From contig JAIYBU010000114.1 in the NCBI GenBank assembly GCA_027488335.1, forward strand, positions 15-64,014: DNA of 64,000 nt. Reading direction: 5' to 3'. Position 1 is the first letter of the stretch; the number at the start of each line of letters is the position of its first letter. Position numbers and translations under genes: made by a program. The DNA is from Cytophagaceae bacterium. GTDB taxonomy: Bacteria; Bacteroidota; Bacteroidia; Cytophagales; Spirosomataceae. The notes beneath the pieces are model-generated. The model was given only the letters and a program-made list of their open reading frames with translations. It made no database searches and was not told where the DNA came from. Positions 46,702-56,539 of this stretch are shown one piece after another.

Positions 46702-47199
46702 ATGAACCGATTCTTTTTCTTAATTTTCCTTATGTTTTTATCGAAAACAACCCATGCACAAGTAAAAAGTAAAGCTTTTGACAGCCTATTGAATGTAATG
46801 GTCACAAAAACAGTTCCGATGGTTGGTTGTGAAGACATAAAAAAAATGAAAAACCTTGTGCTGCTTGATACTCGTGAAAAACGAGAATTTGAGGTAAGTC
46901 ACTTGAAAGATGCTCGTTGGGTGGGTTTCGAGAAGTTTGATATGAAAAATGTTTCTTCAATACCGAAAGATGCCAATATTGTGGTTTATTGCTCGATTGG
47001 AGTGCGAAGTGGCAAAATTGGCGAAAAATTAATGGCAGCAGGCTATAAGAATGTCCATAATTTTTACGGAAGTATTTTCGAGTGGGTCAATCAGGGAAAC
47101 CCAGTTTATGATATGACAGGAAAACCTACCAACAAAATTCACGGTTATAACTGGAAGTGGGGCGTTTGGTGCAACAAGGGCGAGAAAGTTTATGAGTAA
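46702..47199 (+). CDS. Rhodanese-like domain protein
   Basis: LLDTRE..EF.VSHL..A; VYCSIGVRS; GSIFEW. Confidence 0.85.
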   Translation: MNRFFFLIFLMFLSKTTHAQVKSKAFDSLLNVMVTKTVPMVGCEDIKKMKNLVLLDTREKREFEVSHLKDARWVGFEKFDMKNVSSIPKDANIVVYCSIGVRSGKIGEKLMAAGYKNVHNFYGSIFEWVNQGNPVYDMTGKPTNKIHGYNWKWGVWCNKGEKVYE

Positions 47200-47298
47200 A
47201 TTTTCTAAATAACATTACACAAGTAAATGCTTCAAAATGGAGCAAAAGAAGTTTTTCTGCAAAATATTTAGTTGTTTTGCAGAAAAATTGAAAAATAT

Positions 47299-47883
47299 AT
47301 GCTCAACGACCAATATTGGAGCGAACGCTATGCAAAATCTCAAACAGGTTGGGATGTTGGAAATGTTAGCCCAGCTCTAAAAGGTTACTTCGACCAGCTC
47401 ATCGACAAATCAATTTCAATTTTGATTCCAGGGTGTGGAAATGCCTACGAAGCTGAATACCTGCTTCAACAAGGTTTCTCGGATATAACTTTAATTGACA
47501 TTTCAGGTGTTTTAGTGCAGAATTTGCAAGAAAAACTCAAAAATTATATCGAAAAAGGGGTTTGTCGAGTTATCCATCAAGATTTTTTTGAACATTCGGG
47601 TAGCTATGATTTAATCATTGAACAAACATTTTTTTGTGCTATTGACCCAATTTTACGACATCAATACGCCAAAAAAATGAGCGAGTTACTCAAACCGACT
47701 GGACGATTAGTTGGTTTACTATTCGACCGTGAATTTGTGGGTGGCCCTCCGTTTGGTGGCTCAAAGACCGAATATATCCCGTATTTTAGCCCATATTTCG
47801 ATTTGAAAATTATCGAAAAGTGTACCAATTCAATACCGCCACGGGCTGGTAATGAACTATTTATAAATTTTCTAAGCAAATAA
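47299..47883 (+). CDS. TPMT-like SAM-dependent methyltransferase
   Basis: W..RY....TGWD.G; ILIPGCGNAYEA; EQTFFCA; GPPF. Confidence 0.88.
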   Translation: MLNDQYWSERYAKSQTGWDVGNVSPALKGYFDQLIDKSISILIPGCGNAYEAEYLLQQGFSDITLIDISGVLVQNLQEKLKNYIEKGVCRVIHQDFFEHSGSYDLIIEQTFFCAIDPILRHQYAKKMSELLKPTGRLVGLLFDREFVGGPPFGGSKTEYIPYFSPYFDLKIIEKCTNSIPPRAGNELFINFLSK

Positions 47884-47907
47884 GAAACTTTCCAACAAAC
47901 TTTACAA

Positions 47908-48423
47908 ATGCCAAAACCAAAGAAAGCAAATGAATCGTTAACGGTAATGACCGAAATGATTTTTCCGAATGATACCAATACGCTTGGAAACTTGATGGGG
48001 GGAAATTTAATGCGTTTACTCGATATTGCGGGGGCAATTGCTGCTCAAAAACATTGTAATCGAATTGTAGTAACCGCTTCGGTTGATAATGTTCAGTTTA
48101 AAGAAGCCATTCCGCTCGGAAGCGTGGTTACGCTTCAAGCAAAAGTAACACGAGCGTTTAATTCGTCACTTGAAGTGGTGGTTGAGGTGTGGGCCGAAAA
48201 TATTCCTGCGGGAACAAAAATCCATACGAACAAAGCCTTTTTGACATTCGTAGCCGTTGACCAAACGGGTCGCCCAATTGAGGTTCCACCCGTTGAGCCA
48301 GAAACCGATGAAGAAAAAGAACTTTATGCTGGTGCGTTGCGTCGTCGGCAGTTAAGGCTTGTGCTTGCGGGTAGAATGAAGCCTGAAGAAGCCGTAGAGT
48401 TGAAAGAAATATTTATGGTATAA
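47908..48423 (+). CDS. Acyl-CoA thioesterase (hotdog fold)
   Basis: FPNDTN.LGNL.GG..M...D; VVTASVD.V.F; FVAVD..G.P. Confidence 0.9.
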   Translation: MPKPKKANESLTVMTEMIFPNDTNTLGNLMGGNLMRLLDIAGAIAAQKHCNRIVVTASVDNVQFKEAIPLGSVVTLQAKVTRAFNSSLEVVVEVWAENIPAGTKIHTNKAFLTFVAVDQTGRPIEVPPVEPETDEEKELYAGALRRRQLRLVLAGRMKPEEAVELKEIFMV

Positions 48424-48440
48424 TTACATCAAGTTTTTTA

Positions 48441-48448
48441 TAACTTTG
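48441..48448 (+). promoter_or_regulatory. -7 promoter element for the tRNA locus
   Basis: TAACTTTG matches TAnnTTTG, 10 nt before the first tRNA-like copy. Confidence 0.7.
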
Positions 48449-48458
48449 CAAAAGTAAT

Positions 48459-48530
48459 GTTCCCGTAGTTCAATGGATAGAATGTCAGACAGTGCGACTG
48501 CCGTTCCGGTTCTGATGATATGGGTTCGAT
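48459..48530 (+). pseudogene. Broken tRNA-Arg(CCG) copy with a 14-nt insert and no 3' T-stem or acceptor strand
   Basis: GTTCCCG-TA-GTTC D arm identical to the downstream tRNA; stem TCAGA/TCTGA with loop TTCCGGT interrupted by CAGTGCGACTGCCG (48490-48503); similarity ends after GGTTCGAT. Confidence 0.8.
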
Positions 48531-48541
48531 GAAAAAGTAAT

Positions 48542-48613
48542 ATCCTCGTAGTTCAATGGATAGAATTTTAGATTCCGGTTCTAACGATGGGGGTTCGAAT
48601 CCCTTCGAGGATA
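48542..48613 (+). tRNA. tRNA-Arg, anticodon CCG
   Basis: Full cloverleaf: acceptor ATCCTCG/CGAGGAT, D arm GTTC/GAAT, anticodon stem TTAGA/TCTAA with loop TT-CCG-GT, T arm GGGGG-TTCGAAT-CCCTT; CCA not encoded. Confidence 0.95.
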
Positions 48614-48614
48614 C

Positions 48615-48645
48615 AAAAAAAGATGGCCATTATGACCATCTTTTT
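48615..48645. terminator. Bidirectional terminator
   Basis: AAAAAAGATGG...CCATCTTTTTT. Confidence 0.8.
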
Positions 48646-48667
48646 TGTTTTTGATTGATTCCGAAAT

Positions 48668-51502
48668 CTACTTTCTGTTTCCGTCAATATCTAATTCGAT
48701 AATCTCATAGCCGAGTTTTTGTAAGCCAGGTAAGATTTTGGCTTTGTCGCCTACCAACAAAATATTCATTTTATCAGTGTTAATCCATTTTTTCGCCAAG
48801 GCATCTGCCTCTTTTTTGGTGAGCGATGCTAATATTTTATTTTGTGTTTCTACAAAATTAGCTGGTAAATCATACGTCAGAATTCGACCAATGAAGCCTG
48901 CTTTTTGGTTGCCAGTTTCGTAGCGTAAGGCATCTTGTTGGCCAATGGCACTTTTCATAAAGGCCAATTCTTCGCCCGTGATACCGTTGGCTGCATAGTT
49001 TTTCAACTCTTTCATTACTTCTACCAATGCACTATCGGTAGCATTAGCACGGATTCCTGAGCTAAACTGGTATTCGCCCGTGTATTTATCGCCAGCAAAA
49101 CCTGCACGAGCCCCGTAAGTCCAACCTTTATCTTCACGTAAATTGAGGTTCACACGGCTATTAAAGGCCCCACCAAGAGCGAAGTTCATCAAACTTGCTT
49201 TGTAGTATTCGCCAGTGGCATCGTATTTCAAGCCCGTCACATTTCCTACTCTAAATTCAGTTTGTGCTGCTTTTGGTACATCAATCAAATAAATTTTAGT
49301 TTTTTCAATAGCAGGTGCTGGTGCTGGCGTTGGTAAATTGATTTTTTTGTTGGGTAATTTATTCAAAAATGCCAATTTTGGTAATATTTCGCCTTCGGTA
49401 ATATCGCCTACAACAACTACTTTCGTGCCTTGCGATGTCATGTAATTGTTGTAATAATCTTGAACATCTTTTAAACTCAAACGTTTTACGGTACTTTCGG
49501 TGCCATTATCGCTTAAACCTAAGATATTTCCTGTACCGTAGTTCAGTTTGTCGATTACGTTGGTAGCAATCGCCGCAGGTTGAGATTTTAACTGCTTAAA
49601 GCCTTCCAAAGATTGTTTTTGTAAACGATTAAAAGCCTCAGCCGTGAAATTTGGACTAAACATTTTTTCATCTAATAATTCTAATGTTTTATCTACATTT
49701 TTCTTCAAACACTGAACCGTGAAGCTAATGCCATCTAATGTTTGCGATACGCTGATGAAACTACCAAGTTTTTGGAGTTCAACTGCCATTTGCTCGGCTG
49801 TATACTTTCTCGTGTCTTCGTTGAGCATATCGGCAACCATACCTGCCAAACCAATTTTAGAGGTATCAGCCGCTTGAGCTAAATGTCCTCCTGGTATCGA
49901 AATCGAAATCGTAACAGTTGGAAGTTCTGTATTGGCAGTTCCGATGATTTTGATGCCACTTGGTAAATCTTTTTTCCAGAAAGGAGGTACTTTCACTACT
50001 GGATTTGCTCCATTACCAGGCGTTTTGCTTCTATCAAAATTATCTTTGGCTTTTTTGTATGTCAAGCCATCATAACCATAATTTGGTGCCGTATAGTTTT
50101 GGGTATCAATCGTATAATTATCAGGTGCGGCTGGTTTTACAGGTTGTCCTTTAGTAAGTACGCTGATAGTTACACTTGGTTTATCTTTAATATATTGATT
50201 ATAAACTCTCCAAACATCTTCCTTAGTTACCGAACGATACATATCTAATAATCTACCAATCATATTCGGATTACCAGCAAAAGTATTAAAAGCTGCCAGT
50301 TGACTTACTTTTCCTGATACACTTTGCAAACCGTTGATGTATTGTGCTTCGATGCCTCCTTTAAATTTCTCGATGTCTTCATCGGTTACACCACGTTTTT
50401 CAAAAACCAATAATGATTGTTTGAATAAACTATCCATTGTTGCGAGCGAGTTGCCAGGAAAAGGTGTCAGTTGGAATGAAAACTCACCTGCTAACTCATT
50501 GAAACGGCTAAAACCACTGGCCGAAATAGCTTTTTGGTTTTTTACCATTTGTTGATAAAGAATAGAGTTTTTGCCTTGACCTAAAATTTGAGCAAGACAC
50601 GATAAAGCTCCCATATCTTTATCATAATTCGGAACAGTTGGGTAAGTTTTCGATAAAATCGGCAAACGAGCGTAATTATCAGTGAAAGAAGCGTATCTAT
50701 CGCCCGATAATTTTACGGCTGGCAATACAGTTTTTTCAACTGCAGGCCCAGCAGGAATACTACCGAAATATTTATCTACTAATTTTACTACATCGGCTGT
50801 TTTTACATCGCCACCAATAGTCAAAGTGGCGTTGTTTGGGCCGTACCAACGCAAGAAGAATTTTTTCAAGTCGTTCACATCCACTCTGTCTAAATCTTCC
50901 AAATAGCCGATTGTCAACCAGCTATATGGGTGGCCATAAGGATAAAGATTTTTGCTTGTAAATTCGCCCACTAAACCATACGGACGGTTATCATAATTTT
51001 GTCCTCTTTCGTTTTTTACGGTGCTACGTTGTACTTCAAATTTTTTCTGCGTAACGGCATCTAACAAAAATCCCATGCGGTCGGCTTCGAGCCAAAGCAT
51101 TTTTTCGAGTTGATTGTTGGGAACAGTTTCGTAATAATTCGTACGGTCGAGATTGGTGCTACCGTTGAGTGTTCCGCCCGCAGCCGTTACGATTTTGAAA
51201 TGTTGCTCATCGCCTACGTTATCGCTTCCTTGAAACATCATGTGTTCAAAGAAGTGAGCAAAACCACTCTTTTTGATTTCTTCTCTGGCACTACCTACGT
51301 GGTAAGTTACATCGACGTGTACGATGGGGTCGCTGTTGTCTTCATGCACAACGAGCGTGAGGCCGTTAGGGAAAACATATTTTTCGTAAGGAATGACCAA
51401 TTCACTCCCCTTTTTTTCAACTTTTTCGACCAAGCGAGCTTGGCTAAATCCGAGATTAGTAAACAAACAAATAGCCGCAGCGGCTAATAGATTTTTTTTC
51501 AT
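48668..51502 (-). CDS. M16-family (insulinase-like) zinc protease
   Basis: Signal peptide; GFAHFFEHMMF inverted HxxEH; NGST..DRTNY; second half lacks the zinc motif. Confidence 0.92.
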   Translation of the reverse strand: MKKNLLAAAAICLFTNLGFSQARLVEKVEKKGSELVIPYEKYVFPNGLTLVVHEDNSDPIVHVDVTYHVGSAREEIKKSGFAHFFEHMMFQGSDNVGDEQHFKIVTAAGGTLNGSTNLDRTNYYETVPNNQLEKMLWLEADRMGFLLDAVTQKKFEVQRSTVKNERGQNYDNRPYGLVGEFTSKNLYPYGHPYSWLTIGYLEDLDRVDVNDLKKFFLRWYGPNNATLTIGGDVKTADVVKLVDKYFGSIPAGPAVEKTVLPAVKLSGDRYASFTDNYARLPILSKTYPTVPNYDKDMGALSCLAQILGQGKNSILYQQMVKNQKAISASGFSRFNELAGEFSFQLTPFPGNSLATMDSLFKQSLLVFEKRGVTDEDIEKFKGGIEAQYINGLQSVSGKVSQLAAFNTFAGNPNMIGRLLDMYRSVTKEDVWRVYNQYIKDKPSVTISVLTKGQPVKPAAPDNYTIDTQNYTAPNYGYDGLTYKKAKDNFDRSKTPGNGANPVVKVPPFWKKDLPSGIKIIGTANTELPTVTISISIPGGHLAQAADTSKIGLAGMVADMLNEDTRKYTAEQMAVELQKLGSFISVSQTLDGISFTVQCLKKNVDKTLELLDEKMFSPNFTAEAFNRLQKQSLEGFKQLKSQPAAIATNVIDKLNYGTGNILGLSDNGTESTVKRLSLKDVQDYYNNYMTSQGTKVVVVGDITEGEILPKLAFLNKLPNKKINLPTPAPAPAIEKTKIYLIDVPKAAQTEFRVGNVTGLKYDATGEYYKASLMNFALGGAFNSRVNLNLREDKGWTYGARAGFAGDKYTGEYQFSSGIRANATDSALVEVMKELKNYAANGITGEELAFMKSAIGQQDALRYETGNQKAGFIGRILTYDLPANFVETQNKILASLTKKEADALAKKWINTDKMNILLVGDKAKILPGLQKLGYEIIELDIDGNRK

Positions 51503-51564
51503 AGTAAATGTGTTGATGTTTTTGATGCCAAAAAAACGAATAAAAAGTTAGTATGCCAAACGGT

Positions 51565-51821
51565 CTATCCGATAAACCCGAAATTGTGATAGATGTTTGA
51601 AGAATGTCGTATTTAGGAAAGATTATTTACTCAGTTTTCTCACACAAAAAGTATAGATGGCCGTAACGTCTTGCTCAGAAAGCTGATTTGTTCAACAAAA
51701 TGTGATTGTCTGATTACTCGCCCAGTAGCTATTATTTTTTTGAATTTAGGATTGTCAATCAAACATTCCAAAGTTCGAAATCTAAAGCCGCCAGTTGCCC
51801 CGTAAGCAGAATTTTTATTGG
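51565..51821 (-). pseudogene. Decayed remnant of an NAD(P)-binding Rossmann-fold gene
   Basis: One added G joins KILLTG to ATGGF(R)FRTLECLIDNPKFKKIIATGR, giving a degenerate TGxxGxxG motif; further stops and shifts downstream. Confidence 0.4.
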
Positions 51822-52082
51822 CTAAATTCTTTTAAAATGAAGTACAAAACTCGATTTTATCGTTCTTCCAAGTACTTCTCTATAACTGTCTTCACTGATT
51901 GGTGGTTTATACCTAAAAATACCTATTAATTTATTGCTTGTAAGGACTTTTTCTCGAAAATAATCCAAAAATAGCTATGAATCCTCAAACTATTTTTTGT
52001 AAATTAGTGTTGTTGTTCATGGAAAAAGACTATTTTTCCTTTAAATTATATTAGATTATCTTGCGTTACATTTGAAATAGCT

Positions 52083-53354
52083 ATGGAAAATCTACTAAAA
52101 CTCCGCTTGATAGCTATCTTACTGATAATCAGTCAGTTTACTTTTGCTCAAAAAGAAAGAAAAAAAGATGACCGCTACGGCTATCATTTTCGGGGAAGAC
52201 ATCAGAAAGTTGCTAAATTTGATTTTGACCTGCACGCCAATCTTATCGTTATAAAAGCTCAACTTGATGGCTCGGACACCCTTCGTTTTATTCTTGATAC
52301 TGGCGTTAGCTCAACCATCGTGACCGACCCCAAGCGTGCGTTGTCATTAGGAGTTAGATACGTGCGTCGGGTGAAAATTGCAGGTGCGGGTGAAGGCGAA
52401 GCTCTCATGGCCAATGTATCGGTTGGGCATACGATTCGTATTGGCGATGTGATTGCCCGTCAGCAAAGTTTAGTAGTGTTAGATGAGGATGTGCTTCAAT
52501 TATCAGAGTTTTTGGGTGTGCCGATTCACGGTATTTTCGGACATGATATTTTCAGTAATTTCGTCGTAACGATAGATTTTGAGAATAAAAAACTTACACT
52601 CACCGACCCTAAGAAATTTAAGTACAAAAAATCAATGGGTACACAGTATCCGATTGTGCTGACGCAATCAAAGCCCTATACTGATGCAATTGCGATGGTA
52701 AGCAACGACCAAAAATTAATTCCGATGCGATTAGTCATTGACACGGGTGCTGGTCATGCTCTTTTGCTGAATGCAGGTGAAAAAGAGCCAATTCGTTTGC
52801 CCGATAGAGTGATGCGTGCCAATTTGGGTCGTGGGCTAAATGGTGAAATTAACGGTAACATTGGGCGAGTAGATAAAATTAAGATGGGTAGTATAGAAAT
52901 GAAGAATATTTTGGCTTCGTTTCCTGATAGTTTATCATTTAGTATGAAATTTACGCCTGACGATACCAAACGCCAAGGCAGTATTGGTTGTGAATTATTA
53001 CGTCGTTTCACCGTGACGCTTAATTATCGGGATGGTTACATGATTATGAAGCCTTTGCGAAACCGAATGAAAGAATCATTTGAGCATGACATGAGTGGTT
53101 TGGATGTACGAGCCAAAGGAACCAATTTTAACCAATATGTAGTCAATAGAGTTATTGAAGGCTCTCCAGCTGGTGCCGCAGGTTTACAAGAAGGCGATGA
53201 ATTGATTTTTGTCAATGGACAAAATGTAAAAGACATGACCATTAGCGAAATATATAAAGTATTATCTCGTAAGGAAGGCAAAGAAGTTGAATTTTTCTTC
53301 AGAAGGAACGGAGAGTTGAAAGTAGCAACGTTTTACTTAAAGCGTATGATTTAA
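52083..53354 (+). CDS. Retropepsin-like aspartyl protease with two Asp domains and a C-terminal PDZ
   Basis: FILDTG and LVIDTG; GIFG.D and GSIG..L; V.EGSPA..AGL..GD PDZ motif. Confidence 0.88.
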   Translation: MENLLKLRLIAILLIISQFTFAQKERKKDDRYGYHFRGRHQKVAKFDFDLHANLIVIKAQLDGSDTLRFILDTGVSSTIVTDPKRALSLGVRYVRRVKIAGAGEGEALMANVSVGHTIRIGDVIARQQSLVVLDEDVLQLSEFLGVPIHGIFGHDIFSNFVVTIDFENKKLTLTDPKKFKYKKSMGTQYPIVLTQSKPYTDAIAMVSNDQKLIPMRLVIDTGAGHALLLNAGEKEPIRLPDRVMRANLGRGLNGEINGNIGRVDKIKMGSIEMKNILASFPDSLSFSMKFTPDDTKRQGSIGCELLRRFTVTLNYRDGYMIMKPLRNRMKESFEHDMSGLDVRAKGTNFNQYVVNRVIEGSPAGAAGLQEGDELIFVNGQNVKDMTISEIYKVLSRKEGKEVEFFFRRNGELKVATFYLKRMI

Positions 53355-53418
53355 CAAGTGAAAGGAAGCCTTCGTGGGCGTTCCCCTCAAAGCGAAGTCT
53401 TCCTTAAAGTAAGATATA

Positions 53419-54459
53419 TCACTGAATCTTCGTCCAGTCATTCCAACTACTATTTGCTTCGAGCTTGTTTTGAATATCGGCAGGAAGTTTCGCAAAAAAA
53501 TCTAAACCCGTGGTTTTTTCTACTTCATCAACCGAAACTACGAAACTATTCATTCTTTTTCCCAAAAGTGCTTCATTAGGTAATAGAAAGGCTATCATAC
53601 GAGGATTTTTTCCAGATTTTGGTTGATAAAATAAAACAATTTTATAAAAAAACTCGGGTACAGCCACATTATTATACCGCCCGATTGTTGGCAACCCTTT
53701 TCTTAAAACAGGGCCAGTAACAATAAATAATTCTTCATCTCTCATTGCCCAACCCCTGATTCGGCTTTCAATATTTTCCCAAATACCACGATTAAAGTCA
53801 GGTACTTGTGGGGCGATATTACTCATATAAAAAGTTTCGGTCATTAGCTCTTGGCAACATTTAAAATCGCCGGCAGGCACCATATGCCCACGGTCATAGC
53901 CTGTGCTGCTATAATCGCCCGAAAGAGCCGAATTATCCTTCACTTTTCGGTCGGGCATAAACTGGTTATCACCTCGGCTGGCTGTTCCGCGAGTATATTC
54001 TCCACGAAGTTTATGCACTACCCAAGCAGGCACTTCGTAGTCTTCTTCGTAGCGAAGCGTGTAGTTCTTGTGTTGGATAATTTCATCTCCTTTACGAATG
54101 GCAGGAAGTGCAAAATCGGGTATTTCGCCACTATTGCTACTTTCTTCTTGGGTGTCGGTATTTAAAACTTTGTTTTTTATTTTATCAAAAATCGAAGTTT
54201 CTTCTTCTTTGTCCTCGCCTTTTTTATTTGTTGCCGTTGCTACGTCTTCATAGGTTTTATCATCTTTGGTAGCGGTTGCTTCGGTGTCGGGTTCAGGGGC
54301 TTTGTATGGGTTTTTCTGTTCTGATGTTGAGCTTTTCGGTTCAAAAACACCAGTGATAACTTTCCAAAGATTTCCAATTGGTCCTGATTTATCTTTGAAA
54401 TAAAGAAAATATCCAATACCAAAAAATAATAAAATAAGAATAATACGATTAGATTTCAT
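53419..54459 (-). CDS. DNA/RNA non-specific endonuclease (NucA-like)
   Basis: YDRGHM.PA; ETFYMSNI.PQ...FN.G.W..IE; VPEFFYKIV; start MKSNR (54459). Confidence 0.9.
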   Translation of the reverse strand: MKSNRIILILLFFGIGYFLYFKDKSGPIGNLWKVITGVFEPKSSTSEQKNPYKAPEPDTEATATKDDKTYEDVATATNKKGEDKEEETSIFDKIKNKVLNTDTQEESSNSGEIPDFALPAIRKGDEIIQHKNYTLRYEEDYEVPAWVVHKLRGEYTRGTASRGDNQFMPDRKVKDNSALSGDYSSTGYDRGHMVPAGDFKCCQELMTETFYMSNIAPQVPDFNRGIWENIESRIRGWAMRDEELFIVTGPVLRKGLPTIGRYNNVAVPEFFYKIVLFYQPKSGKNPRMIAFLLPNEALLGKRMNSFVVSVDEVEKTTGLDFFAKLPADIQNKLEANSSWNDWTKIQ

Positions 54460-54664
54460 GTATGATAATTTGAGTGTTTGTAGCACAATTCTCCGAATTG
54501 TGATTAACGCAGATATGATTAGTAGCATTGTGCTACTTCAATACAAGTTTACGACAAAAGGTAAGATAAAATTATAAATCTTGAAATATTAAAATTTTTT
54601 AAAAACTCTGTTTCATGTCATTTTTTGCTTCTATCTTTGTTATCTTAACCTTAATATCTCAATA

Positions 54665-56503
54665 ATGACGAAAAACCTCATTAAAAACATCATTTTTTGT
54701 TGCCTTTGGGCGAGTACAACTTACGCCCAACAAGTGCTTCCGCTTAATGATATGTCGGCGTTTCGACCAATCAAAGAAAACTGGAGTATTGTGGGTGGCA
54801 TTACGGCAAGCATTGACCAAACCAATAATACTACTACCGAAGCAGGTACAGGAATTTTATCGTGCAAACACGAAATAGGGAAATATGGCATCGACAAAGA
54901 TATTCTGACTGTAATGGAACACGGAGATTTAGACCTTGACCTTGATTTTATGATGGCAAAAGGCTCTAATTCGGGTATTTATCTACAAGGTCGCTACGAA
55001 ATTCAGTTGAATGATAGTTGGGGAAAGAAAAACCCTAAATTTGGGGATGTGGGTGGAATTTACGAACGTTGGGACGAATCAAAACCCGAAGGTTCAAAAG
55101 GTTATCAAGGTATTGCACCACGCTTAAATGTAGCCAAAGCTCCAGGTTTGTGGCAAAATATCAAAATTTCGTTTCAAGCCCCACGTTTTGATGTCGCAGG
55201 AAAGAAAATCAGTAATGCAAAAATCTTATCAATTATCTTAAATGGTGTGCTGATTCACGAAAACGTCGAACTCACAGGCCCAACTCGTGGAGCTTTAGTT
55301 GATAACGAGGTTTCGCAAGGTCCGTTGCGTTTTCAAGGCGACCACGGCAATGTGGCTTTCCGCAATATCAACTACAAAAGTTTCAATCAAAAATCGCTTA
55401 CGTTCAAAGATTTGAAATTTGGTGTTTATAAAGGGAACTTTCGGACGGTGGCCGATATTGAGAAAATCAAACCCGAAACCAGTGGAAACGTAGCTCTCCT
55501 AAACTGGAATGTGAGTAATGCCGAAAACGAATTTGCCGTAAAATATATTGGTAAAATCAATGTGCCAGACGCTGGGAAATACACTTTTACGGCAGTTCAT
55601 GGTGGAAATACACAAATGAAAATCAACGGAGTAGATGCTTTCAAGAATGGTTGGTTAAATTCGGGGGAAAGTCGTCAAGCAACGATTGACCTGCCAGCGG
55701 GTGATGTTGACTTTGAAATGTATTATTGGAAAGCCGATGGTTGGTTGCCGCCAGCTTTGGGACTTTATGCCGAATCAGCAACGATTCGTAAACAGGCACT
55801 TCACTACTCAAATTCTACGTTAGTGGCTAATCCAACTTCACCAATCATGCTCAATCCAACCGCCGAACCAGTAGTTTTTCGTTCGTTCATGGATATTCGT
55901 GAAGGTGAAAAAAGCAAACGAATTGTTCACGCAGTTTCGGTCGGAAATAAAGAAAACATCCATTATACGTACGATTTAGATAACGCTGCCTTATTCCAAA
56001 TTTGGAAAGGTGGTTTCTTGAATACAACCCCAATGTGGAATGACCGTGGTGATGGTAGTTCAAAACCAATGGGAAGTTTGACTGCCCTCGGCGATACCCC
56101 ACTTCTGAATGTATTGCCTTCTGCAACCGCTGCATGGGGAGGTTTAGACGCATCTTATCGCCCACGTGGCTATGAGTTAGATGAAGCTGGCCAGCCAACA
56201 TTTAAGTATGATTATGCAGGCGTAAACATATCAGATAAAACTACACCAAGCGAAGACGGTAAAATGTTTAAGCGTGAGATTACGGTAAAGGGTTCAGCCA
56301 CCAATCTTTATGCAAGATTAGCAATGGCAAAAAATATCACAAAAGCAAATGATGGTTTGTTTATTATCGGAGAAAACAGTTATTATATAAAAGTAATCGA
56401 AGGCACACCGAGCATCCGTGAGTCGGCAGGAATGAAAGAATTGGTACTTCCCGTGGGCGGCACCCCGCTGGGCGAGAAAATTACTTATTCGATTATTTGG
56501 TAA
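54665..56503 (+). CDS. DUF1080 (3-keto-glycoside eliminase-like) plus PA14-domain secreted protein
   Basis: SNSGIYLQGRYEIQLND; WQNIKISF; GPLRFQGDHGNVAFRNI; PA14-like YIGKINVP.AG.YTF. Confidence 0.8.
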   Translation: MTKNLIKNIIFCCLWASTTYAQQVLPLNDMSAFRPIKENWSIVGGITASIDQTNNTTTEAGTGILSCKHEIGKYGIDKDILTVMEHGDLDLDLDFMMAKGSNSGIYLQGRYEIQLNDSWGKKNPKFGDVGGIYERWDESKPEGSKGYQGIAPRLNVAKAPGLWQNIKISFQAPRFDVAGKKISNAKILSIILNGVLIHENVELTGPTRGALVDNEVSQGPLRFQGDHGNVAFRNINYKSFNQKSLTFKDLKFGVYKGNFRTVADIEKIKPETSGNVALLNWNVSNAENEFAVKYIGKINVPDAGKYTFTAVHGGNTQMKINGVDAFKNGWLNSGESRQATIDLPAGDVDFEMYYWKADGWLPPALGLYAESATIRKQALHYSNSTLVANPTSPIMLNPTAEPVVFRSFMDIREGEKSKRIVHAVSVGNKENIHYTYDLDNAALFQIWKGGFLNTTPMWNDRGDGSSKPMGSLTALGDTPLLNVLPSATAAWGGLDASYRPRGYELDEAGQPTFKYDYAGVNISDKTTPSEDGKMFKREITVKGSATNLYARLAMAKNITKANDGLFIIGENSYYIKVIEGTPSIRESAGMKELVLPVGGTPLGEKITYSIIW

Positions 56504-56539
56504 AATTGAGGCGTCTCTAAAAACTTAAAAAGAATTCAA

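Noticed and set aside
48459-48613. Single intron-containing or split tRNA spanning both copies
   Set aside because: The second copy folds completely alone; the first acceptor strand pairs poorly with the distal 3' end; the 14-nt insert has no group I intron or bulge-helix-bulge features
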